A stretch of 64,000 nt of DNA from Octopus sinensis (Eukaryota). The notes beneath the pieces are model-generated. The model saw nothing but the letters and a program-made list of their open reading frames with translations. It was not told the origin of the DNA and made no database searches. The stretch covers positions 122,512,001 to 122,576,000 of the forward strand of contig NC_043001.1 in the NCBI RefSeq assembly GCF_006345805.1, given 5' to 3'. Numbering within the stretch: the first letter of the stretch is position 1; every line of letters starts with the position of its first letter. Positions 12,592-25,849 of the stretch are shown here, piece after piece. The position numbers were made by a program, and so were the translations under genes.

Positions 12592-13437
12592 CTCTTTTCT
12601 GATAAGTGTAATGTGATTTAAGGGAAATTCAATTGCTATTTCTAACAGATCAGTTAATGTCATAGATGTTTGTTCATTGGTTAAAATTTATGATTGTGAC
12701 ACATGAAGAAACATTCGAGTGAGGTCGTTGCCAGTGCCACTGGACTGGCTCCTGTACAGGTGGCACGTAAAAAACACCATTTGAGCATGGCCGTTGCCAG
12801 TACTGCCTGACTGGCCCTCATGCCAGTGGCACATAAAAGCACCCACTACACTCTTGGAGTGGTTGGCTTTAGAAAGAGCATCCAGTTGTAGAAACTCCGC
12901 CAAATCAGATTGAAGCCTGGTGCAGCCATCTGGTTCGCCAGTCCTCAGTCAAATCATCTAACCCATGCTAGCATGGAAAGCGGACGTTAAATGATGAGGA
13001 TGATGATGATGATGATGTAAATATTTGAAGCACTGCTTCTGGTTTTGCAGCAGAAAATATGTAGAACCAAGAGAGAAAATATTGGTTTCAGATTTTGACA
13101 CAAGGCCAGCAAGATCAAGAAGTGGGTAAGCTGATTATATTGACCTCAGTACATGACTGGTACTTATTCTATCAACCCCGAAAGGGTCTCTTTTCTGATA
13201 AGTATAATGTGATTTAAGGGAAATTCAGTAGCTATTTCTAACAGATCGGTTGATGTCATAGATGTTTGTTCATTGGTTAAAATTCATGATTGTAAATATT
13301 TGAAGTACTCCTTTTGATTTTGCTGCAGAAAATATTAGTTTCAAATTTTGACACCAGGCCAGCAAGATCAGGAAGTGGGTAAGCTGATTACATTGACCTC
13401 AATACATAATTGGTACTTATTCTATCAACCCCGAAAA
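12592..13437. repeat. About 270-bp tandem duplication; first copy interrupted by a module A insertion (about 12698-13017, +)
   Basis: 12592-12697 plus 13018-13186 aligns to the uninterrupted 13187-13437. Confidence 0.85.
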
Positions 13438-13825
13438 GATGAAAGGCAAATTCAACCCCTGAATCTGAACTCAGAGCATAAAGGTAGATGGACACCAGCT
13501 TTCCTGGCATGCTAAAAATTTTGCCAAAAATTGAAAAAATTATGCATATGACACCACTACACACATCACATACCCAATCCCCACTGGAGCACCACACTTA
13601 ATGATTCACACTTTACCCATAAACACTTCAAGATAACTCTTACTGACCTCACAGCTTAGCAAACTAAGGGACATAACTCCTAACCTAATCCATTGGCCCT
13701 GCTGACCAGTTGTATTAATCCACCTCCAACAATAGAGAGCAGTCGCCACATTCCCTTCCATATTGGGTAACTCTGATGAGCATAAGGTTACATAATTGGA
13801 TTGTTACCTAACACTACATTGTATT

Positions 13826-14620
13826 CATCATCATCATCATCATCATCATTTAACGTCCGCTTTCCATGCTAGCATGGGTTGGACGGTTCAACTGGGGTCT
13901 GGGGAGCCCGAAAGCTGCACCAGTCCAGTCAGATCTGGCAGTGTTTCTACAGCTGGATGCCCTTCCTAATGCCAACCACTCTGAGAGTGTAGTGGGTGAT
14001 TTTATGTGCCACCGACACAGGTGCCAGACGAGGCTGGCAAATGGCCACGCTCGGATGGTGTTTTTTATGTGCCACCGACACAGGTGCCAGACGAGGCTGG
14101 CAGACGGCCACGCTCGGATGGTGTTTTTATGTGCCACCGACACAGGTGCCAGATGAGGCTGGCAAACGGCCACGATCGGATGGTGTTTGTTACGTGCCCA
14201 CAGCACGGAGGCCAGTCGATGCGGTACTGGCTACGGCCACGTTCGGATGGTTTTCTTGTGTGCCACGTGCCACCGGCACTGGTACCACAAAGATACAAAT
14301 TCCATTGATGTTCATCTATTTTGATTTGTTTTGATTTTCACTTGCCTCAACAGGTCTTCACAAGTGTCACAAGAAGGAAGGTATGCACAGGTGGACTGAC
14401 TACGTCCCAGGTAGGGGCCACAGGTTATGGCCTGACTAGTCTTGCCGGGTCTTCGGATGGTGTTTTTATGTGCCACCGACACAGGTGCCAGATGAGGCTG
14501 GCGAACGGCCACGATCGGATGGTGTTTGTTACGTGCCCACAGCACGGAGGCCAGTCGGTGCGGTACTGGCTACAGCCACGTTCGGATGGTTTTCTTGTGT
14601 GCCACCGGCACTGGTACCAC
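13826..14620 (-). mobile_element. 5'-truncated copy of the array-bearing RTE/module A 3' end
   Basis: About 97% identical by eye to the reverse complement of about 28400-29182 (ORF 13866-14156 vs 28847-29137 are nearly the same peptide). Possible TSD ACATTGT at 13816 and 14619. Confidence 0.92.
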
Positions 14621-15610
14621 ATTGTGTGAAAATAATAGATAAGATCAGCGGTGATGGAAATACAAAGTGGCCCAAAAGTAGGTTTACAGTTATCACATAG
14701 GCATTTCAAATTTATATATATATACATATACATATATGTATATATGTATATATATGTATATATATATATATGTATGATCGGCTTCTGCATTGTTTTCATC
14801 TCCCAAATTCACTCATAAGGCATCAGTCAATCTAGGTCTATAGTAGAAGACACTTGCCAAAGGTGTCATCCAGTGGGATTGAACCTGCAACCTTGTTATA
14901 AAGCAAGCTTCTTAACCCCTTAGCCATGTCTGTACCTGTAAAAAGAATTTTGAATTTCACAAGATGAATAACGGAAGCAATTTTTGTATTATTGTAAAAT
15001 GAATATTATTGTACTGTCACTCAATGGAATTTCTCGCTTAGCTCCTTCCCGACAGCCACACAAAGTTTCACTTTCTTCTTTTTTATTCAAAATCCCCCAC
15101 CAAAAAATAAGTAGTTTTGGCAAGGGGTAATTGATTGCTATAACGATCTATTGTTTGAACAACTTAACATCAGTTTGAAGATAAATTACATAAAAGCACC
15201 TCTCAAATTCAATCTGATTACAAGGAAGAAAACAAAACATTGATATTTCTTTACAGCTACTGATATAAGAGAATTTGTAAATTAACAGTGATATTCTTTA
15301 GAAATAGTTAGAAATAGTAGATCAGGAGAATTGTGAGAGTGTTAGACAAAAATGCCTTGTGACACTTAGCAACATCTTTAGTTCTGAGTTCAGATCAAAC
15401 CAAGGCAACGCCACCTGGAATTGATAAAATAGTGATCTGTTAACTACTAAGGTAGAGTATAATAATTTATTATACTGTGGTTGTGTAGTTAAGAAGCTTG
15501 ATTCCCAGCCATGTGATCTCAGGTTCAATTCTACTGCATGGTACCTCAGACAAGTGTCTTCAATTTTGTCATGGTTTTTACAGCTGGACACCCTTCATAA
15601 TGCCAAGCAC

Positions 15611-15800
15611 TTTCTGTCTGTGAAATCTATGCTCAAAGATTTGATGGGCTCAAAGATATGGTGGCTTTGAGCCCACCAAATCTTTGAGCATGGATTTCAT
15701 AGACAGAAATTTTATCAGGAAGAACATTTTAGTACCGGCTTCAGTCTTTGTTACATTTTTGTGACTGAAACCAGTACTAAAACGTTCTTCATGATAAAAT
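15611..15800. other. Two adjacent near-perfect hairpins
   Basis: 15611-15655/15665-15709 (45 bp, 3 mismatches) and 15709-15746/15763-15800 (38 bp, 4 mismatches). Confidence 0.85.
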
Positions 15801-15892
15801 CATTTTAGCATTTTCTACCTTGTCTTATTTTCCTTATACATATCAACTCGTGTGTTCCTTTTCAACCTTTTACATATATATATATATATATG

Positions 15893-16215
15893 GAGACCCC
15901 CTTTGGTCATGAATGACCATGGGATTGCACCTACAAAGTTACCCTCCAAGGCACAAGCCCAGGCAAGGTTGTTTACGGAAGACCAGGCATACCGGCCTCC
16001 CTCTCCATGCCACCAGTGTTATCCAAGGGAAAGGGAAAGGCCAATACAGCTTAGCACCTGTGACGTCACAACTCATTTCTCCTGCTGAGTGAACTGAAGC
16101 AACGTGAAATAAAGTATCTTGTTCAAGAACACAACAAGCGATCCGGTCCAGGAATCAAACTCACAAGCACATGATCGTAAGCACGATGCTCTAAATACTG
16201 AGCCATGCGCCTTCA
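15893..16215 (-). mobile_element. tRNA-headed SINE family D
   Basis: Minus-strand head gaaggcgcatggctcagt..gagtttgattcc (A/B box-like). Related copies at about 29283-29612(-), 33760-33995(-), 34380-34705(+), 41830-41992(-), 53505-53925(-). Confidence 0.78.
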
Positions 16216-16219
16216 CTAC

Positions 16220-16317
16220 ATATATACATACATATATATACATACATGTGTGTATGTGTATAAGATATGTATGTATATGTGGATCTATGTATATATATAT
16301 ATATATATATATATTTG

Positions 16318-16402
<85 letters not shown>

Positions 16403-16415
16403 CCATATCTATATG

Positions 16416-16446
<31 letters not shown>

Positions 16447-16491
16447 CCATATATATATATCCATATCCATAACTATATATATATATATCCA

Positions 16492-16555
<64 letters not shown>

Positions 16556-16600
16556 ATATATATCCATGTCTGTATATATAATATATATGTTTATATATTC
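16220..16600. repeat. (TA)n-derived microsatellite with TATCCA interruptions
   Basis: Directly visible. Confidence 0.95.
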
Positions 16601-17297
16601 TAATAGTGAACTTTTACTAATCCTAAAGCAGATATTTGAAAAAGCGAAATGACCATATTAATTACAAAAACTGAACAAAAATCTAAAACTATCTGAAACT
16701 TAAGGAAAGGAAAATTAGTTATTGTAGTCATAGTGATATGAAACAAACTATCGCAAGTTTCAGCATGAATTAAGAGTAGCTGTCAGTAAGATTTTGCTTA
16801 AACTTTGATAAATTACTTTTTGATAACAATTGATTTTTCTCTACCACACACAGAGGCAGGTAGGTATCTACTCCTTTAAGGTTTTATTTCTGAAAGTGCA
16901 ATACAAAACAATAGGCTATTTATTTCATATTCACACAAGGCTGGAAACATTGCATCTCACAGATGAATGGAGCAGGTATTGAGTTCTATTGGATGGTGAT
17001 GTGTTTTGTAAACCTCTTTCTTACATATTTGCCAACCAAAATCATAATCATAATCATAATCATAATCATAATCATAATCAAAATCAAAATCATAATCATA
17101 AGTTAAAACATGGATAATGATAATTGCTTATTTTTTTTTTTTGTTTTTTACCAGAATTCTACAAAACAAGTCTCAGTTGAATAGAGAAGTAGATTCCATC
17201 AATTGATCCCTCTTCCTAAGATCCGTGACAGTGTACTAAGTCTAGAAATAAAAATTCTCCTCCTCCACTTCTTGATCCTCACCATCATCTGCAAAAT

Positions 17298-17302
17298 TAT
17301 TA

Positions 17303-17338
<36 letters not shown>

Positions 17339-17700
17339 TATTATTATTATTATCATCATTCAGTAGTTTTATTTTTATAGCGTGCTTTCACTTCACTACC
17401 TAGTACAGCTCTGTGTGCCTTGGGTATGTGATCTGGTTTGTTGTGATGCTCTTATTTTTACTGTATTGAAAGTGATTTACCTAGGTTGTGTGCAATGCCT
17501 AGTAGTGCTATTTTCTGCATGTTATATATACTTGTAAGTCCTGGGTTTTAGTTATATATTTTTTATCATACCTAATGCGCCTACTATGATAGGAATTGCT
17601 TCTGTTTTAAGATTCTACATTCAAGTTACCTATATTTCCAGGTCTTTGTATTTTGAAAGTTTCTCCATTTCTTTTAGAGAAACATTGTCATCTGCTGGTA
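17298..17700 (-). mobile_element. R4/Dong-like (restriction-like endonuclease) non-LTR retrotransposon 3' fragment with (AAT)n tail
   Basis: Minus strand reads SIPADDNVSLKEMEKLSKYKDLEI, then NLKTEAIPIIVGALGMI and MQKIALLGIAHNLGKSLS*, a short UTR and (TAA)n. Confidence 0.82.
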
Positions 17701-17704
17701 TTGA

Positions 17705-17968
17705 TTGTGCAGGTGGCACGTAAAAATACACCATTTGAGCATGACTATTGCCAGTACCGCCTGACTGGCCCTCATGCCGGTGGCACGTAAAAGCACCCAC
17801 TACAGTCTCATAGTGGTTGGAATTAGGAAGAGCATCCAGCTGTAGAAACTCTGCCAGATCAAGATTGGAGCCTGGTGCAGCCATCTGGTTCGCCAATCCT
17901 CAGTCAAATCGTCCAACCCATGCCAGCATGGAAAGCAGACGTTAAACGATGATGATGATGATGATGAT
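17705..17968 (+). mobile_element. Module A copy
   Basis: Subrepeats, core and (GAT)n. Confidence 0.85.
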
Positions 17969-17974
17969 GAACCA

Positions 17975-18115
17975 TAGAAAGTGGTGGTGTGATACCTTGA
18001 TGAATTCTTTGCCATGAAACCACCTCAATTCTGGGAAGAGGGTATTTTCAAGTTAAAGGAAAGATGGAGATGCATTGTGTAACAAAATGGTTCATATTTG
18101 GTTGATTAGAAATGT
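17975..18115 (+). mobile_element. Mariner transposase C-terminal relic
   Basis: Translates LDEFFAMKPPQFWEEGIFKLKERWRCIV*QNGSYLVD*, typical of the mariner C-terminus. Confidence 0.7.
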
Positions 18116-18677
18116 AATGGCAAGTATTTATTGACTTTCTTCTTTCCTTTAAAAATCGGCTCAAACGTTCTGGACAACCCAATACTTCCTATCCTAGACA
18201 CAGGACCAGAAATTTGGAAGGCAGTGAACAATCAATTATATCAACTCCAGTATTTAGCTAATACTTTATTTCCCCAACCACTGAAATATGGATGGCAAAG
18301 TTGACTTTGACAAGATTAGAACTCAAAATGTAAAGAGCCAAAATAAATGCATTTTGTCTGGTTCTCTAATAATTCTGTCCAGCAACAACAATGCTAAATC
18401 TTTCAAATTTTGGCTTAAGGCCAGCAATTACATCAACTCCTGATACCTGACTGATGCTCTATTTTAGCAATCATGAGAAAATGAAAAGCAAAGTTGTCCT
18501 TGGTGGGATTAGAACTCAGAGTGTAAAGAGCAGGAAGAAATATTACAAGGCATTTTCTCCCAGCATTCTAGTATTTCTGCCAATCAAAGATGATGCTAAT
18601 CTTCAAAATATGGCAACAACTGAAAAAGTAATCAAGAAGAAAGATATTATTATAGATAGTGGGTGAAGGAGAATAAA

Positions 18678-18738
18678 AGTGTAGTGGTTAAGAGTGCAGG
18701 TTAACCCCCAAGATTCCGAGTTCAATTCCAGGCAGTGA

Positions 18739-18804
<66 letters not shown>

Positions 18805-18859
18805 TGACAATAATAATAATAATAATAATGATAATAATAATAATAATAATAACAATAAC

Positions 18860-18899
<40 letters not shown>

Positions 18900-19625
18900 T
18901 GCCCTGATGCAGTACCAAGCAGTGGCTCTCATGGCTTCTGATCTTAACTGATTGGAAGTGTTATCATGTACATTGTTTTGTCTTGGTATAAAAGATGGGC
19001 TACAGTAAATATTCTGCTCAATACCACAGATTTGCTTGTCAGTTGTTTGACCTTAACCAGTTGAGCATGTCCCTTAGTGGCTGACGATATGTGCATCTCT
19101 GATCACAAGCAGAAGTAGTGGGGGAGCATCATAGCCATGTGTTGAGAAGGATTCTTTGGGGTTTGAATAATTCACCTTTGGAAACATGGGTGTTTCGTTC
19201 AACGTCCTTAAACAACCCTTATTCAGGGACCATTTGAGCAGGATGGGTTACTCGATCTGAAGAAAATTCTAACTGGGCTCCACCTGCAAGGTCATGTGCT
19301 GTTTATCTTGATATGAGATCACCATGTCGCGCACATATGGGTGTGATGCATGTGCCTGGTGTACCCTTATCAGACGGGTAGTCATGATGGGTATACTGGG
19401 CTTCGTATATTTTACCCCAGTGTCACTTGGATGGCATGCTCTACTCACTCAATAATAATAATAATAACAACAACAACATTGAAAAATATCTGAGGAATGA
19501 GAACCCAGGTTCAAAATTTCCCCCAAGGCCCCTGATGAAAGCTGGAGGGTATATCAGCTGAAGTGTTGTGTTAACAACAAACAAAATGAGGACAAATATC
19601 CGTCAAATGTAAATAATGTACATAA
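18678..19625 (+). mobile_element. Composite repeat: tRNA-like head, (AAT)n, body, (AAT)n, PLE-like end with a hammerhead-like motif
   Basis: Head gtgtagtggttaagagtg..gagttcaattcc; (AAT)n at about 18742-18898; CTGATGA-A-AGCTG..CAGCT-GAAG at 19532-19563. Confidence 0.55.
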
Positions 19626-20076
19626 TTCCTCATCTCTTAAATATAGAACAGAAAGAAAAATGTTCTTTCATGCAAAGAGGAAAATGTATTATCTGATGAA
19701 TAATTGATGTCATTTATGGTTGAGGGCACTGTGTAAAGTTGTAAGGAATGAGACATTAATTTGCCATTTTGACAGTGAATAATTGGTTTGCATGGATTCA
19801 GGAAGCAGAGCAGATGAGGTATGTGAGATGAAAAATGTATTCACATCAGCTATAATTAAGAAATAATCAATCTAACATCTCCAGTTTCAACTTTTAGCTC
19901 TTAAAACTCACTTAATTGGATAAAATGTCTGATTTTCTGGAAGTCAGTGGTTAAATGGATACAGGATAATGTTAATTATGATTATTAACGTTGGCACAAG
20001 ACCACATTATTTTTTGAGACTTTTGGAGGAGAGTTTAATCTGAAACTTTTAGATTAATCTGAAACTTTCTATGGTT

Positions 20077-20580
20077 CATCATCATCATCATCATCATCGT
20101 TTAATGTCCGCTTTCCATGCTAGCATAGGTTGGATGATTTGACTGAGGTCTGGTGAACCAGATGGCTGCACCAGGCTCCAGTCTGATCTGGCAGAGTTTC
20201 AACAGCTGGATACCCTTCCTAACTCCAACCACTCCGAGAGTGTAGTGGGTGCTATTACGTGCCACCAGCATGAGGGCTAGTCAGCACTCAAATTGTGTTT
20301 TTTTACGTGCCACCTGCACAGGAGCCAGTTCAGTGGCACTGGCAACGACCTCGCTCGAATGTTTTTGCACGTGCCACCAGCACAAGTGCCAGTAAGACAA
20401 CACTGGTAATGATCACCCTCGAATGGTGCTTTTTACGTGCCACCAGCATGGAAGCCAGTTAGCTACTCTGGCAATGATCACACTCGGGTGGTGCTCTTAG
20501 TGCCCCACTAGCACGGGTGCCAGTCATCAAATTTGATTGCGATTTCGATTTCACTTGCCTCAACAGGTCTTTGCAAGCAG
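20077..20580 (-). mobile_element. Module A copy with about 4 internal subrepeats and a LINE tail remnant
   Basis: Ends in gatttcgatttcacttgcctcaacaggtc, the reverse complement of the LINE terminus gacctgttgaggcaagtgaaatc. Confidence 0.85.
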
Positions 20581-21224
20581 TTTATTAGGCATGAGTTTGG
20601 TCCTTACTTTATTAATCACTTTAGAACAAAAGATAAGGTCAACCTTAGTTGGATTCAAGCTAAAAGTAGTAAATATCGATTGTGCTCACCAACATCCCTT
20701 AAATGATGACCATTGTGATAACATAGAGAAAAGGCTGTACATTTTAGATAATGTAGCAATCAATTAGATCAACCTGCATTCTTGATTAGTACATTATTTT
20801 GTTAAACTCAGCAGCATAATTGGGGATAAGAGCGGGAGGTGGCCTGCCCCAAGCAATACTTTTAAAGGGATGGCAATTTGGGGTTTCCTATATAAGCATG
20901 GGGTCCCAGGGGTGATCATAGTAACCAGACAGAAGAAAACTTATTCTTTGTAAGCCTAATACTTATTCACCGAAATATATAATCATAGCTTCCACAATTG
21001 TTTTGAAGCTCTTAGGCAAATGAAATGACAGCTATGCTTCATTGATGAAGTCAGAATAAAGCCAAAACTTGCTCTACAACATCTTCCATACTTATCAGGA
21101 AAACTGAAATATCATTTGTCATTGACTAATATTGATTTTGCATTTAGTCTTTCCTTTTTCTTCTGTATTTTTTTTATTTTCACCTCATAATTATTTTTCG
21201 TTCAACTTTTTACTGCAGTAGTCA

Positions 21225-21735
21225 TTCATCATCATCATCATCATCATTTAACATCTGCTTTCCATGGGTTGGGGTTAGGGTTTGACTGTGGGCTGGCGAA
21301 CCAGATGGCTGCACCAGGCTCCAGTCTTGATCTGGCAGAGTTTCTACAGCTGGATGTCCTTCCTAACACCAACCACTCCGAGAGTGTAGTGGGTGCTTTT
21401 TACATGCCACCAGCACGGGGTCCAGTCAGGTGGTACTGGCAACAACCTCGCTCGAATTTTTTTACACATGCCAATGGCACAGGTGCCAGTAAGGCAATGC
21501 TGGTAACAATCCCGCTCGAGTGGTGCCCCCTACATGCCACCAGCACAGAAGCCAGTTAGCTGCTCTGGCAACGATCACTCTCGGATGGTGCTCTTAGCAC
21601 CCTACTAGCATGGGGCACAAGTGCCAGTAAGGCGAGGCTGGCAACGATCACACTCGAATGGTGCCTTTTATGTGCCACTGGCACATAAGCCGGTTAGCTG
21701 CTCTGTCAACGATCATGCTCGTATGGTGCTCATGC
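21225..21735 (-). mobile_element. Module A copy with about 5 internal subrepeats
   Basis: (CAT)n, core, repeated ~63-bp gtgcca..ctggcaacga..ctcg units. Confidence 0.85.
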
Positions 21736-22450
21736 TCGTCAACACTAAATTTCCTACAAATTTCAAAGTGAGCTTCTTCGTCTTTCATGACAAAATTATT
21801 GTTAATTCTAGTGACTTTTCTATCATTATGGGTGTAACTTTAATTCATTAAATATTTAGTTCTTTGAATCACTACATTAAGTATGTCTGCTCCAATTTAA
21901 TAATGCTGAAATGGAGATTAGCAATTATTGAAAGAATAAAAATAAAATGAACAGGTATATGATATTTTTAAACTGGTAGCTGAACAACTAGTTTACTCAT
22001 CTACACTAAATAGTTGTTTTGGTGTGTCTTTATAGGGTGCAAATAAGTAGCTGCTACTAAAAGATAACAATCTCAAATTAACATGTTTTATGCAACCTAT
22101 AGAAAAATGGGTTTAGCAACTGAGGTGATGTTATTAAATATCTTCACTCTCTCAAATCCTGATAAAACCTGATTTAGGTTATGTTTATTTTATGAAGTAG
22201 CCATATAGATTGTTGACAAATAACTTTGATCTGTGTGAATTTATCAAGAAAAAACATCATGTTTGTTTTCTTTCTTCTCTCATAACTGTATCTGATTGCA
22301 ATTTTCTGATTACAGCTTTCTCACACATGCATATGCATGTATGTACATTATATATATATAAATATATATATATGTGTGTGTGTAAGTATGTACACACACA
22401 CGCACACACACACACAGACACACACACAAACACACAAACACACACACATA

Positions 22451-23726
22451 CAGGGTGTGTATGGTATTTGAGGATAGATTTATGGTTTTAAAAAATGTTT
22501 ATATAATAACAGAAAAATACTGCATTTTTATAAAAATAACATAAACATAAAGCTAAATTATCAATTTAATAATTTCATTCAATAAAACTACCATTAGCAT
22601 CAATAACTGCCTCTACGAGGTGTCGAAATCATTTACAAGCTCAGATTAAGTGGTCCTTGTTCATATCAGGCACGACTCGAACTATGGTGGCTTTCAAAGA
22701 ATCTTCGGTGCTATGGTGGGGTGTTCATTGATATTTTTTCTCAATGATGCTCCATACATAGTAGTCCAGTGGATTGAGATCTGGAGAATTAGGAGGCCAA
22801 ATGTTGGGGAGTGATGTGATCATGTAAATTGCCAGGCCATCTATTCTAGTGTATTGAGCCTTGTGTGATGGTGCAGAATCTTGTTGAAAGACATAAGGCC
22901 TTCCATTGCATACACTGTTGATCCAAGGCTTAACAACTTTATCCAGAACCTCAATATACACAGCAGCATTTACCCTAAGGCCTTGTGGAAAAAAGTGAGG
23001 AAGAATCACATGTCCTTCATTGCTAACAACACCCAAAACCATGAAACCTAGAGGAAATTTTGTGTGCATTATTCTTGGAGCCTCAGAAGTTTCTGCACAT
23101 AGCCATCTGTCATTTCTTCTGTTAGTTTTGTGTTCCTGGTCAAAATTTTCCTTATCTTAGAAAAACCAAATCACACCATCTTCTGATAGAAATGTAAAGT
23201 TTGTTCAAAAGTTTTTTGCATCTGATTAAATGGTTTTCTTTTGCTTTTTCTGTCATGAATTGACCTCTCCACATCATGAAAGATTTGTGTCTGATGTCTT
23301 CATACACAACATTTCTGATTGTTTTTTTCTGACACATGAAAATTTTTTTATAATTGACCTCATTGATTTTCCTGGATTGTCTGCAATGTTTTGCTTAAAC
23401 TCCTAAATAAATTCAGGTGTCCCGATAGAATCAGAGCATTTAGAATATTATTTTACATTTTGATACAAGTAATACACTTCCATCTTCTTTCACTAACTCA
23501 CACCGAATCTTGTGGACGAAAGATCTTGCAACTTTCAGAAAACTTTCAGTGAATTTCTAAATCACCATGCTTAGCCTCCAAAGTGACAATCACAGCATGC
23601 CATTTCATTTCATTAGTAAGCATAGGGCCTGTCATTATTATTCTCTGAAATAGAAGTTCAATAAAAATTAGTCAAATAAAATAATGACTAAAAATGCATG
23701 TGTTCTCAAATACTGTCTGCCTCCTG
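22451..23726 (-). mobile_element. Near full-length decayed DD37D (maT-type) Tc1/mariner transposon
   Basis: VFQQDSAP ... WPPNSPDLNPLDYYVW with 37 residues between the last two Asp; upstream WFF*DKENFD. Degenerate TIRs TA-CAGG(N9)GTATTTGAG at both ends; about 1.28 kb; stops and frameshifts. Confidence 0.9.
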
Positions 23727-25849
23727 TATACATGTATGAATACACACACACACACACACACACACATGTTATCAGATAGCTGCTCATAAATTAGAAAAAG
23801 CACACTCAATATGAATAATAGAACAGTTATGATTTTATAAGCGAGTCTATATATAAAAACCACTATTTAACTTCAGGACAGGTCTTGTTTCTGTAAGTCA
23901 AATTCATGACTTGCTTTGCCAACCAGGTTTACACGTGAGAAAGTAGTAGCTAAACAATATCACCTCAAAGGCACAATGTAGCTTTTGAATGGATCACGAT
24001 ATGAATTAGACAACATGAACTAAATACTAATTTGTGATTACTATTTTCTTTGTTGTGTGTGAAATATCTTAAGGAAACTCAGTTACAAGATATAAAGAAA
24101 CTGATATGGATGTCTTTAATATAGACTTTGAAAAAGAAATGTGTGTTGAATGCAACACATTCTGGCCAAGATATAAATCCAGTCATGTTAATTTTCACTG
24201 TGGGTGCTCAGAATACAACTGTACCTTGATGAAGATCAAATAGATCATACAAAGAGAAAATATATTCATAACTTGGGTCCGCGATGTATTATGTTTCAAA
24301 GAGTAGGAGTACAGTTCATTAAGGAAATTAATGAAGCTGAAACTTAGTAATGTGTGTGTGTGTATGTGTTGTGTGCATGTGTGCATCTCTCTCTTTCTCT
24401 CTCTCTCTCTCTTGCTTTGTAAGATGTTTATCTAGTTTAATTTATTTACCTCAGACTATTTCATGTTGGTTGTGTCCTTTCTATTAAGAATGAAATGATG
24501 TTATACATGGATACTCAAGACAATATATTTTAAGATTTTCATAAGTAAGCAAAAAGAAAATAAATACATCGATAATACATATATTCAATGCATCCTCATC
24601 TTTATTTCTCAATTTCAAATTCAAATGCCTCATCCTACCAAAATATTGGTCAGAAATGATTACCTCCCATACATTAACTGGCTGCTAGGGGACATCACAC
24701 TGTCGTCGTCGTCATCATCATCATCGTTTAACGTCTGCTTTCCATGTTGGCATGGGTTGGACAGTTTGACTGAGGACTGGTGAACCAGATGGCTGCACCA
24801 GGCTCCAATCTGATCTGGCAGAGTCTCTACAGCCTTATGCCCTTCCTAATGCCAACCACTCCGAGAGTGTAATGGGTGCTTTTATGTCCACCAGCATGAA
24901 GGCCAGTCAGGAAGTACATTACATTTATTATAACATAAAAAATAGCTCTATACTACAAAAAAAAAACAATTCATTGCCTTAGAGTAAATATTTTTAATAT
25001 TTGTATTGGGTAGTTTACAAAATTCAGTTACTCAGAGTTACATGTTCCTGTTCATGGGTAATGTTCAGATAGGGCTGGCTTGTGGAGAGAGCAAATATCA
25101 GATTTATCATCCTTTGTGATGCCTTAAAATTTGTTCCTTTTCAGTTTAACATTTCAACAGCATAGTAATCTACAAGCTTTGGCTCCAAGGTTATTTCTGT
25201 TGAACTTATCTGGGAGGGATTTGTTTTAGTGGTGACACTTAGCAAATACTCTCCAGCTTCTTATTCAAGGTGTCTGCTGTTTTGGTGAGAATGAACTACT
25301 TCTCTTTATAACAGAATCACTGCAAATTGCACAAGGAATGTTTATATATAACCAAACAAGATCTATACAAGATAGTTAAACAGGTGTCATCAAAAGAATC
25401 TGGTAGACAGTGCACTTTTACCAGAACATCCATATCTTTGAGATGACAAGCACCGTGTGATTAAATAAATATGCTTGTATTTTAAATGTAAATTGAAATC
25501 AGACATCATGTCCATTAAGGACTCTAAAAACAATTTTACACATTTTCTGAAAAATTCTTTGGGGCAAGAAAATACTTTTAACATCCATCAACTACTAACA
25601 TTTTACAAAGATCAGGTGTAACTCACAATCAAGGGCCAGTGCTGTTGTTACACTTACAAAGATTCTACACAACACCCTCACTGACTGATATGTGATTGTT
25701 ACCCAATCTCTGATTCCTATCCACATTGTTCCCTCTCTCTTTTTACTGCCACTGTTGTGACCTCATTTCCTCAAAACTTGTCAGTTTTGTGACACTTCCA
25801 CTCAGGCAATTCCCTAATGTCTGCTTCCTGCCACCTATATATTGTTCCC

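Noticed and set aside
13775-13800. CTGATGAG hammerhead core-like heptamer
   Set aside because: No downstream stem II-GAAA or cleavage triplet.
16845-16980. Putative 6-nt and 13-nt plus-strand microexons (also 7263-7268)
   Set aside because: Weak acceptors; expected by chance in this much AT-rich sequence.
21030-21130. LCFIDEVRIKPKL, faintly like a P-element transposase motif
   Set aside because: A single short motif with no supporting flanking similarity or TIRs.
25390-25584. Minus ORF EFFRKCVKLFLESLMD.. and nearby plus-strand exon-like pieces at 25144 and 25310
   Set aside because: Candidates on both strands overlap, phases do not fit neighbouring candidates, and no homolog is recognised.
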